Of a DNA stretch of 64,000 nt, positions 51,157 to 60,454 are shown piece by piece (the stretch's first letter is position 1; every line of letters starts with the position of its first letter). The translations under genes were made by a program, and so were the position numbers. The notes beneath the pieces are model-generated. The model worked only from the letters and a program-made list of their open reading frames with translations. It did not search any database and was not told the DNA's origin. The stretch covers positions 160,001 through 224,000 of the forward strand of contig CBDCKW010000005.1 in the NCBI GenBank assembly GCA_965218435.1, in the 5' to 3' direction. This DNA is from Truepera sp. (GTDB lineage Bacteria > Deinococcota > Deinococci > Deinococcales > Trueperaceae).

Positions 51157-52209
51157 ATGAAAGTCGTCGTGTGGGACAACATCGGCAACGTCTTGTGGGG
51201 GATGCGCGCCTGGGACGAATGGAACGCGGTCAATCAGGCGCAGCTTTTGGCAGAAGACCCGGACGCTGCTGAAAAGGTCATGAGCTTGGCAGAGATGTTT
51301 AGAGACTATCCGCTCGAGCTATATGAGGTTCACACTGAAGACGAGCTGGCTGCCGCTCTCCCCGACGCAGGCGTACTCATCGTCCACAAAGAGACGGTGC
51401 CGCCGGAACTGCTCGAGCAGACCCGGCACTTGCGCCTGATTCAACACCTCGGTCAAGACTACCGGGGTATTCCTATAGAAACGGCTCTAGCCATGAACGT
51501 TCCGGTCGCCGCGACGCCGCTGGTCAACTATATCGCCGTAGCTGAACATACCTGGGCGCTTATCCTCAACCATCTCAAACGCCTTCCGGCGCAGCGAGGC
51601 GTGATGGCGGCTCGAGCTTACGAGGCGAATGGGCAGTGGAAGCAAGACCGCCTTGCCGGGTTGACGCTTGCTCGAGACCTCACATTGGGGTTACTCGGCT
51701 TCGGTGAAATCGCGCGGCCCATTGCCCGCGTCGCCCAGGCTTTCGATATGCGGACGCTCTACTGGGACATCCAGCGTTTTCCTGATTTGGAACGCGTTTA
51801 CGGCGTAACTTACGTCGACTGGGACTACCTTTTTTGCCGCTCGGACGTGCTGAGCGTGCAACTTGCCTTGAACGAGCAAACGCGCGGCATCGTCGGGGCG
51901 CGAGAATTTGCGCTGATGAAGCCTTCAGCTCTGTTCATCAACACTGCTCGGGGCAAACTGGTAGACCAGGACGCGCTCGTCCGAGCCTTGCAAGAAGAGC
52001 GTTTGGGCGGCGCGGCGCTCGACGTGTTTGCCGAAGAGCCTTTGCCCGTTGACGACCCCCTACACGCGCTTCACGACCTGAACGATAAGGTAACGCTCAC
52101 CCCGCACAGCGCCTGGCAGGGCCACTGGACGCACATCCGAGATTCGCAGACGCTCTGGCTCAATGTGCTCCGTTTGTTTAAGGGTGAGGCGCTCGAGTAC
52201 CTGGTTTAA
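51157..52209 (+). CDS. D-2-hydroxyacid dehydrogenase family protein
   Basis: GFGEIA, INTARG, LDVFAEEP, TPHSA. Confidence 0.88.
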   Translation: MKVVVWDNIGNVLWGMRAWDEWNAVNQAQLLAEDPDAAEKVMSLAEMFRDYPLELYEVHTEDELAAALPDAGVLIVHKETVPPELLEQTRHLRLIQHLGQDYRGIPIETALAMNVPVAATPLVNYIAVAEHTWALILNHLKRLPAQRGVMAARAYEANGQWKQDRLAGLTLARDLTLGLLGFGEIARPIARVAQAFDMRTLYWDIQRFPDLERVYGVTYVDWDYLFCRSDVLSVQLALNEQTRGIVGAREFALMKPSALFINTARGKLVDQDALVRALQEERLGGAALDVFAEEPLPVDDPLHALHDLNDKVTLTPHSAWQGHWTHIRDSQTLWLNVLRLFKGEALEYLV

Positions 52210-52245
52210 GACGATAGGTTGTAAGACAAAAGTTGAGGAGAAGAT

Positions 52246-52539
52246 ATGGTTGTGTTGGTAGCGAAGTACCACGTCAAAAAGAGCAGAGGCGACGAAGTTG
52301 CGGCCGCGCTGAAACAAATGGCCCCGCTGGTCGAAGCCGACGAACCAGGTTGCACCCTCTACCACGTCTGCCGGTCAGCGGACGACCCGGATTTCTTTTT
52401 ACTCTATGAGCACTATACCGACGAGGCTGCCCTGGCTGCCCACCGGGATACATCCCATTTCAAAGAGATTATCGAAGGAACGATTATCCCTCTGCTCGAC
52501 AAGCGCGAGCGGGAATTTTACGAGCTGGTGGTCGATTAA
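52246..52539 (+). CDS. ABM/putative quinol monooxygenase family protein
   Basis: EPGC..Y, FFLLYEHY, H..TSHF. Confidence 0.85.
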   Translation: MVVLVAKYHVKKSRGDEVAAALKQMAPLVEADEPGCTLYHVCRSADDPDFFLLYEHYTDEAALAAHRDTSHFKEIIEGTIIPLLDKREREFYELVVD

Positions 52540-52562
52540 GTGGAAAAGGTGAGTATGCCAAG

Positions 52563-53531
52563 ATGAAACTCGTTTCTTACCAACTGACGACTCGGCTCGG
52601 GGATGTGACGCGAATCGGGGCGATGACCGCAGCAGACAAGGTGCTCGACCTAGCGTTTGCCCACAGCCTGTTACTCGAGGCTCGAGGGCTGACCCGGGAG
52701 GCAGCCCGGCGAATTGCCGCAGCTCTGTTCCCTGATACGATGGTGGGCTTTATCGAAGGGGGTGAGGTGGCGCTCGAGGCCGCTCAGGAAACACTGGCTT
52801 GGGCGCAAAAGGGAGAAGGGGATGAAGCACTCTTTGAACCAGCCGACCTCACCATGCTTGCGCCCGTTTCGCGTTCACCCCTCATCCGCGACTTTTTAGC
52901 CTTTGAAACCCACCTGACCAATATCTACCCCAAACTCGGGCGCGAAATTCCGCCCGAATGGTACAACCTGCCCGTCTACTACAAGGGCAATCCCGGCAGC
53001 GTCGCTACGCACGGCGACGACATTCCCATCCCTGAGAACGTAAACGAAATCGACATCGAGTTTGAAATCGCGCTTGTTATCGGCAAAGGGGGCGGCGACA
53101 TTGCGCGTGAGCGGGCGTTTGAACACGTTTTCGGTTACATGATTTTCAACGACCTTACCGAGCGCAAAATCCAGGCGCGCGAAATGTCGGTCGGTCTCGG
53201 CCCTGCGAAAAGCAAGGACTTTACCAGAGCCAACGTCTTCGGCCCTTACCTCGTCACGGCGGACGAGATTCCGGACATTTACACCCTCGAAATGGAAGCC
53301 CGCGTTAACGACGAGCTGTGGTGCAAGGCGAACCTGGGCAGCGTCTACTGGCGGTTTGAAGACATCATTGCCTACGCCTCGCAAGGCGAGTACCTTTATC
53401 CCGGTGAAATTCTCGGCTCCGGCACGGTGGGTGACGGTTCAGGTGCCGAGCGAGACACCTACCTGAAACGGGGTGACGTGGTGGCGTTGAAAGTCGAGAA
53501 AATGGGCACGTTGCGGAACCGTTTCGTTTAG
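52563..53531 (+). CDS. Fumarylacetoacetate hydrolase family protein
   Basis: DIEFE, FND, KSKDF, GSGT. Confidence 0.88.
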   Translation: MKLVSYQLTTRLGDVTRIGAMTAADKVLDLAFAHSLLLEARGLTREAARRIAAALFPDTMVGFIEGGEVALEAAQETLAWAQKGEGDEALFEPADLTMLAPVSRSPLIRDFLAFETHLTNIYPKLGREIPPEWYNLPVYYKGNPGSVATHGDDIPIPENVNEIDIEFEIALVIGKGGGDIARERAFEHVFGYMIFNDLTERKIQAREMSVGLGPAKSKDFTRANVFGPYLVTADEIPDIYTLEMEARVNDELWCKANLGSVYWRFEDIIAYASQGEYLYPGEILGSGTVGDGSGAERDTYLKRGDVVALKVEKMGTLRNRFV

Positions 53532-53543
53532 TAAGACCGGGGT

Positions 53544-56220
53544 TTACATGCTCCTATCCTTTTTAGACACGTCCGGCTCGAGCTGCCCCACCCGAAACGT
53601 GTAGCTGCCGGACCCAAGCTCGAGCGTCACCTGCTCGTTTTCTCCTTCAACACTTTCGACGCCTGCAGTTTCGCTGAGCGGTTTGGTGCTTTCAGTGACG
53701 GCTTGCACTGACGACGCCGAGATTATGACGGTTGCCGCCGTGTTGACCGGAATCTCGAGGCGGAGTGTAAACACTTCGTTTTCAAGGTGCCAGTCGCTCA
53801 CCACAGGGCCGTGAATTGTCTCGAGTTCGGCTCGAGCCGCCGTCAAACCGCCGCCCGGTTGTGGCCTGATGCGGATGTGCTGGTACCCCGGCTGGTCGAA
53901 GCCCAGCCCTGCGACCGTGGCGTAAAGCCACTCGCCCACCGCGCCGTAAGCGTAGTGGTTAAACGAGTTCATCCCCGGGTCTTGAAAGCCGCGCACCTCC
54001 GTCCAGCCGTCCCAGCGTTCCCACATCGTCGTCGCGCCCTGCGTAACCGGAAACAGCCACGAGGGGTAGCTCGTCTGCATAAGTAACTTGTAGGCGACGT
54101 CCGTGCGACCGAAGCGGCTCAGGGTGGGGGCCAGCAGCGGTGTACCGACGAAACCCGTGGTCAGGTGCCAGCCGCGCTTTTCCAAATCGCCGACGAGGTA
54201 GTCCAGCGCTGTCTCACGCTTGTCTTCAGGCAGCAGGTCGAAGGCCAGAGCCAGCAGATAACCGGTCTGGGTGTGACCGACGACCCGACCGCTTTCGGTG
54301 ACAAAAGCTTGATTGAACGCCGCCGTGACGTTTTTAGTGAGTGCCTCAAAATGTTGACGGTCGTTTTCTCTCCCTAAAACCGCCGCGATTTTTGTCATTA
54401 GCTGCGCGCAGTGCGCGAAGTACGCCGTGCCGATGAGGTCTTTGGGGGTGGGCGCGTCGTCTGGGGTTTTGGCGTTGGTAGCGAGCCAGTCGCCAAAGCC
54501 GTCGTCGGGCCGAACAAGTGCGTCGCTGGTCGTCTCCATGTACCCGAGCCAGCGCGTCATCGCTGTGTAGTGCGTCTCGAGCACGCGGGTGTCGCCGTAC
54601 CACTGATAGATCGTCCAGGGGCAGATCACTATGGCGTCCGCCCAGGCTGCAGCGCCGCTCCCCGGCACCACGTTCGGGACGACGTGTGGCACCGAACCGT
54701 CTTCTAGCTGCGCGTCTTCTAGGTCTATCAGCCATTTGGTAAAAAAGGGGGCAACATCTAGGTTAAAGCAGGCCGTGCGGATAAATACCTGCGCGTCCCC
54801 CGTCCAGCCGAGCCGTTCGTCGCGCTGTGGGCAGTCGGTGGGAACCTCGAGAAAGTTTCCCTTTTGACCCCAGAGGATGTTCGACTGAAGCTGGTTGACC
54901 AGCGGGTCGGAACATTCAAAATGTCCAGTTTGTGGCAAATCCGTGTGTAAAACGACGCCCGTAACTGTGTCCAAAGTGGGCGGCGTGTTCAGGCCCGTGA
55001 CCTCGACGTACTGAAAACCGTGAAAGGTAAAGCGCGGTTCGTAGACCTCTTCGCCCTGACCTTTGAAAATATACGTGTCCGTCGCCCTAGCTGTGCGTAA
55101 GGCTTCGGTATAGAGTGTCCCGTCCGGGTTGAGGCGTTCCGCGAAACGCAGCGTGACCTTGTTGCCCGCCTCGCCCTGCGCCCTTAAACGCGCCCAACCG
55201 ACGATATTTTGACCCAGGTCGAAAATGTACCGGCCCGGTTGGGGTTCATTCAGGGTGACGGGTTTCAGTTCAGCGACCGCTCGAACGGGTGGCATCCGTT
55301 TGGCGACCAAGTTGCGACGAGGTTGTTCGGATACCGTGACCGGCTCCCAGCCCGCAGCGTCGAAACCAGGTTCAGCCCAACCGCCTAGCTCGAGCCGCGC
55401 GTCGTAGTGCTCGCCGTTATAGAGGTCAGAGCTGAGCAGAGGCCCGGTTCGGATACGCCAGTCGGCGTCTGTAGCGATGACCTCGCGGGTGCCGTTTTGG
55501 TAGGTCAACGTAAGCTGAGCCAGCAGCAAGGGCTGCTCGCTCCACAAGCGGTTGTTGTGCTCCCACACCAGATACCCGCACGCCCAACCGTCGCCGAGAG
55601 TGGCCCCGAGTACGTTTTCGCCCTCACGGAGGTACCCTTTCACGTCGTAGGTGAGGAATTCGACGCGCCGGTTGTAAGTCCGTCCAGCCGGGGACGAGCA
55701 GGTCTTGTCCGACGCGCTGCCCGTTCAGCTGAAGTTCGTACAGACCCAGCGCCGTGACGTAAAGCCGCGCGCTGGCGACCGGGCCGCTCGGTGAAAAGCT
55801 GCGCCGCAAGTAAGGGCTCGGTTGCGAGCCTGCGTCCGTGGGCGGCGACCCGCCAATCCAAGAGCCAACCCAGACGTCGGCCCCCAGCAGGCCCATCTCC
55901 CACCAGGCAGGTTCGCTCCACGCCGACGGCGTATCGTGCTCGTCCCAAACGCGCACCTTCCAATGATAGCGAGTTGCCGACGCAAGGGGCTTGCCCTCAT
56001 AAGCAACGTGAACCGACCTGTCCGAGGCGAACTTGCCCGTATCCCAAACATCGCCCCGGTCGCGTTCTAACGCTGCGGCGCTCGAGGCGACCAGCACCTG
56101 ATAGGCCCTCTGACGGACGCCGCGTTCGGGTGAAGTCAGCGTCCAGCTGAGGCGCGGAAGCACGTCGATACCCAGCGGAAACTCGGCGTATTCGGTTCGC
56201 AGAGTGCCGACCGTAATCAT
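53544..56220 (-). pseudogene. GH78 alpha-L-rhamnosidase with a +1 frameshift at about 55676
   Basis: PTDCPQRDERLGWTGD, TTMWERW, SFNHY; PGWTD|YNRRV is broken by one extra base. Confidence 0.88.
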
Positions 56221-56299
56221 TTGGGCACGTCCCGGTATTTATTCTCGAGGTTCGTGTTAGGTTTCACATTTGAAATAACGTCTACTGCAAACGTCGGTA

Positions 56300-57163
56300 T
56301 CATCCGCGCTCCTCTAGATTGACGGGGCGGGCTTGCTCGAGTAGCCGCGCCAGAGTCGCCCCTAAAATCATCGTGCGGCCGTCTTGGGAGATAAAGTCAC
56401 AGTGCGTCCTGAACGCTTCTAAAGCCTGCCGGTAGGTCATAAACCCCCGTACGACTGGATAATCCGAGCCCCAGCAGAGACGTTCTCCGCCGAACCCGTC
56501 GTAGAGCGCCCGAACGAGTCCGTGTGTGCTGCGGTAAGGAAAATCCCACGTCGCGTCCGCTACCGTGTAGTAAAAACCGGACAGCTTGAGGTGGATGTTG
56601 GGGTGTCGCGCTGAAGCCAAAACCTCCGCAAGCTGCGCTTCATGACCAACCTGAGGATGCCCGAGGTGATGCACGAGAATGGGTAAATCCGGAAACCGCT
56701 CCGCTACCTTGCGGAGGGCGGCTTGCTGGTGAGGCGCACACGAGGTGCTGGCGATAAGCTTGAGTTCGGCGGCTGCCGCAAAAAACGCTAAGCCTTCTTC
56801 GCTGTAGAGCCAGCTGCCGTCATCCTCGGCTCTCAGGTAATGCGTAAAACCTTTGATGGGATACCGCGCGGCGGCGTCTCGCAAACGCTCAGCCGCGCCG
56901 GGCGTGTGGTAGGTCGCAGACCAAGCGCAGTCCACATCGGCAAACTGGTGCAAGCGCTCGGGGTAACGCCTCACCTGCGCGGCGACGTAGGCGTTATTCT
57001 CGGGGTTGTGGTCGATGTTCGCGCTAACCAGAACAGCCTGAGCGACGCCGCTTACATCCATTTCGTAAAGCAGTTGTTCAGCCCCGCCGCGCGTTTTAGG
57101 GTCGGGGACAGGCGGCTCGTAAGGCCAGGTTTCCCAGGCGTGGCTGTGGCTGTCGATGATCAC
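56300..57163 (-). CDS. Amidohydrolase_2 family protein (possible sugar lactonase)
   Basis: DSHSH, HHLG, KLSG, WGSDYP. Confidence 0.82.
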   Translation of the reverse strand: MIIDSHSHAWETWPYEPPVPDPKTRGGAEQLLYEMDVSGVAQAVLVSANIDHNPENNAYVAAQVRRYPERLHQFADVDCAWSATYHTPGAAERLRDAAARYPIKGFTHYLRAEDDGSWLYSEEGLAFFAAAAELKLIASTSCAPHQQAALRKVAERFPDLPILVHHLGHPQVGHEAQLAEVLASARHPNIHLKLSGFYYTVADATWDFPYRSTHGLVRALYDGFGGERLCWGSDYPVVRGFMTYRQALEAFRTHCDFISQDGRTMILGATLARLLEQARPVNLEERG

Positions 57164-58326
57164 GAAAAGAAAGGCTCGAGCCAGTCCTCGGGAATCTCCA
57201 ACCCAAAACCGGGGGCGTCGTTCGGCACCAGAAAGCCGTCTTTACACACAGCTTGCCCCGGAACTTGGACAGTCTCTTCCAGCGGCACGCCGGGAGGAGA
57301 GCCGATAAAGTACTCGAGCCACGGCACCGCAGACATCGCGTAGCTGAAGTGCTGCCCGTAAGGGTTGCGCCCGCCCCCGTGCAAGATGACGCTTTTACCG
57401 CTCGCTTCCGCTGCGGCGGTAATCTTCAAGCAGGTGGTGAGGCCGCCACACCAGTTGATGTCGGGTTGTAAAATATCGACCACATCATGCCGGAGCGCCC
57501 ACTGAAAAGGCACGTGCGTATACCAGTGTTCGCCCGTGGTGAGCGTCTGCCACGGCAAACGGCGGCGCAAATCGACGTGGGCGTCGAAATCTTCGGAGAG
57601 CAGGCACTCCTCCAACCACTTCAGCCGGTAGGGGCGCAGCCGCTCGGCCAAGCGCACCGTGTACTCGACATCGAAGGCCATCCAGCAGTCGAGCATCAGT
57701 TCACAACTGTCGCCGATCTGTTCGCGTACCTTTGCCACGAAGGCTTCGTTTTTCTCTAAGCCCTCGAGCCCGTCCGCAGGGCCGTAAGGGCAAGCAAGCT
57801 TGTAAGCCTTAAAGTTCAGTTCCTCGTACCAGTCGGTATCATTGCCCGTGACGTAGCAAAAAAGCTTGTCTTTTTGAGGCCCGCCCAACAAGCTGTAAAC
57901 GGGTAGCCCCAAGAGCTTGGCTTTCGCGTCCCAGAGGGCCAAATCTACTGCACTCACCGCGTAAGACGCCAGGCCGGGCGAGCCGTAAACCTTTGTCATC
58001 CGAAACATCATGTCGGAAAGTTTTTCAATCGCCAAACCGTCTTCACCGATTAAGTTCGGGGCAAGGTGGTCGTCGATGATAGCCGCCGTCACACGCCCGT
58101 GGTCGGTCAGTCCCAGCCCCCAGGTGCCGTCTTGAAGCGTGACCTTGCACCACACCTGCTCCCAGGTTTTGGGCAGCCACAAATTGCGGTGCTGCTTGAC
58201 ATGCGGATAGCGCGACATCGGGTTGGCAACTTCATCGGTTTTGACCCACGGGTCGCGACTAGGTGGGGTGCCGCCTTGCCGCTCTGGAAACTTGACCCGA
58301 ACGGCCTGTACCTCAGTGATTTTCAT
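57160..58326 (-). CDS. L-rhamnonate dehydratase-like enolase-superfamily enzyme
   Basis: VANPMSRY, LMLDCWM, WLEE, TTGEH, QPDINWCGG. Confidence 0.8.
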   Translation of the reverse strand: MKITEVQAVRVKFPERQGGTPPSRDPWVKTDEVANPMSRYPHVKQHRNLWLPKTWEQVWCKVTLQDGTWGLGLTDHGRVTAAIIDDHLAPNLIGEDGLAIEKLSDMMFRMTKVYGSPGLASYAVSAVDLALWDAKAKLLGLPVYSLLGGPQKDKLFCYVTGNDTDWYEELNFKAYKLACPYGPADGLEGLEKNEAFVAKVREQIGDSCELMLDCWMAFDVEYTVRLAERLRPYRLKWLEECLLSEDFDAHVDLRRRLPWQTLTTGEHWYTHVPFQWALRHDVVDILQPDINWCGGLTTCLKITAAAEASGKSVILHGGGRNPYGQHFSYAMSAVPWLEYFIGSPPGVPLEETVQVPGQAVCKDGFLVPNDAPGFGLEIPEDWLEPFFS

Positions 58327-59353
58327 AAAGCTCCTCTGTACCTAAAAAGATGCCGTCTCGAGCCGCTGACAGGTAGGCGGCCTCGAGCACCTCCACCGCC
58401 CGCCGTCCTCCCGCCGCGGGCGAGCCGTTGTCGGCTTCTCCCAATGCCACCTCGACCAAGTTTTGTGACGGCAACTTGCCGATGTTGCTCATGGGCTTTG
58501 CGGCGATGTCCTCGAGTTCGGCGTCACGCCTATGAACCGTCGCCCGCTGCGCGCCCGCGTCGATGTCCACCCAGCCACGTTCACAGCTGATGAGCAGCCG
58601 GAACACCACGCCTTGCTGGTTGCCCGTGCCGCCTATGGTGCCGAGCGCGCCGTTTTCAAAAGTGACCGTCATGGCGTCGACTACATCGACGGGTGAATCA
58701 TGCTTTGCCATCATGGCGGCGACGCGGGCGGGGCGTAAGTCGGTGAGAAAAAAAAGCAAGCCTAAAGCGTGTGTGACTTGCACCTGCCCGTGTCCGCCGC
58801 CCAGTTGCGCGGGGTCGACGTACTGAGCCGGGCCGTGAACGGCGAAGTCTCGGCTGAAAGTTCCTTGAAAAAAAGGTGTCATGTCGGAGCTGTAAACCGC
58901 CTGCACGTATTGAATTCGCCCGAGGTCGCCCGAGCCGAACACTTCCTTTACTCGCTTGGCAAACGGCAAAAAGTTGAAGGAGTAGCCGACGATGAGTTGG
59001 CGCTCTTTGGCCGTGGCAAGCTCGAGCAATTCCTTTGCTTCTTGCGCGCGGAGCGTCAAGGGCTTTTCGACGAGGACGTGAAGACCGTGCTCGAGGCAAA
59101 CTTTCGCAACTTCATAGTGGCTGGCGTTGGACGAGGCGACGACAGCGGCGTCGAGAGCTTGTTCCGCAAGCATCGTTTCGAAATCGGTGTAGGCGGCGGA
59201 CACGTCGTACTTGGCGGCGGTCGCTTGTAACCGCTCGGCGCTCAAATCACAAAGGGCCGCTAGGTCTGCTCGTGGGTTCTCGAGCAAAGCCGGGATGTGA
59301 ACGTCGCTCGCCCACCAACCGGTGCCGATGACGGCGACGCGAATCTTTTTCAC
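58313..59353 (-). CDS. Gfo/Idh/MocA oxidoreductase
   Basis: GTGWWA, VEKP. Confidence 0.88.
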   Translation of the reverse strand: MKKIRVAVIGTGWWASDVHIPALLENPRADLAALCDLSAERLQATAAKYDVSAAYTDFETMLAEQALDAAVVASSNASHYEVAKVCLEHGLHVLVEKPLTLRAQEAKELLELATAKERQLIVGYSFNFLPFAKRVKEVFGSGDLGRIQYVQAVYSSDMTPFFQGTFSRDFAVHGPAQYVDPAQLGGGHGQVQVTHALGLLFFLTDLRPARVAAMMAKHDSPVDVVDAMTVTFENGALGTIGGTGNQQGVVFRLLISCERGWVDIDAGAQRATVHRRDAELEDIAAKPMSNIGKLPSQNLVEVALGEADNGSPAAGGRRAVEVLEAAYLSAARDGIFLGTEELYENH

Positions 59354-59407
59354 GAGCGAACCTCGGAGATGCAGACGAAAGCTGAGGGACGGAGGAAATT
59401 CATAAAC

Positions 59408-60433
59408 CTACGGAACGAGCAACACTTTCGAGACGTTGCCGGGCGCGTCCAGCAAACGGTCGAACCAGGTGCCGCCGTCGGCCAGGGGCGCTTCGGTAAT
59501 CCAGGGGTCGAGGCGGACTGCACCTTGCTCGAGTAGCTCGAGCGCCCGTTTGAAGTTCGCGGGCGAGTACGCGAACGAGCCGCGCAGGGTGATTTCCCGG
59601 CGGATGATGTCGGCGGCGGGAATGGTGCTCGTCTCTTCGTGCAGTCCGCTCAGGATGACCTTGCCGGTAGTTGTAGCGGCGGCGACGCACTGCGAGCGCG
59701 TACCCGCCGTACCGACGGCGTCCACGGCGACCGGCACCCTACGTCCATCCGTCGCCGTTTTGACGACCTCGACCGTATCGTTGCCACGCGGGTCAATGGT
59801 CTCGCCGCCGAGAGCTGCGCCCATCGCCAGCCGCTCGGCGTCCAAGTCGGCGATAAAGACGCGCTTCGCGCCGTTGTTCAAGAGCACTTGCAGGCTCAAA
59901 AGGCCGATAGGCCCGGCTCCGATAATCAAACAGTCCTGCCCGCGCACCGCCCCCGCGAGTTCGCCGATACGCACGGCGCAGGCGACGGGCTCGGTCAATG
60001 CACCGGTACGCAGCGACATCGTTTCAGGGAGAAGCATGACGGACTGCGCCGGCACGCTCACGTAGTCGGCGTAAGCTCCCGGACGGTGTGCGCCGAGCAG
60101 CGCCCGCGACGGGCAGAGATGGTCGAGGCCACGCCGCTGAAAGTCCGAGTCCGCTTTACACGAGAGCGGGTTGACGGTGACCGGCTGACCCTCGGCTAAA
60201 GCCGGATTGAGGCGTCTAGCGTCAGACCCGAGTGCTACAATTTCCCCCGAAAACTCGTGCCCCATGACTAGTGGCGGCACCCGCAGCGCGTTGTGGCCTA
60301 GATATCCACTCAATTCGGAACCGCAGATGCCCGCATAGGCGACCTTGACGAGCACCTCGTCCGCTTGTGGCGTAAGGTCTTCTTGTTCCCGCATCACCAT
60401 CTTTTTCGGAGCTTCCCAAACTAAGGCTTTCAC
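59408..60433 (-). CDS. Zn-dependent (polyol) dehydrogenase
   Basis: GICGSE, GHEFSG, GAGPIG. Confidence 0.9.
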   Translation of the reverse strand: MKALVWEAPKKMVMREQEDLTPQADEVLVKVAYAGICGSELSGYLGHNALRVPPLVMGHEFSGEIVALGSDARRLNPALAEGQPVTVNPLSCKADSDFQRRGLDHLCPSRALLGAHRPGAYADYVSVPAQSVMLLPETMSLRTGALTEPVACAVRIGELAGAVRGQDCLIIGAGPIGLLSLQVLLNNGAKRVFIADLDAERLAMGAALGGETIDPRGNDTVEVVKTATDGRRVPVAVDAVGTAGTRSQCVAAATTTGKVILSGLHEETSTIPAADIIRREITLRGSFAYSPANFKRALELLEQGAVRLDPWITEAPLADGGTWFDRLLDAPGNVSKVLLVP

Positions 60434-60454
60434 ATGTGACCTCTCTTTCAGTAT

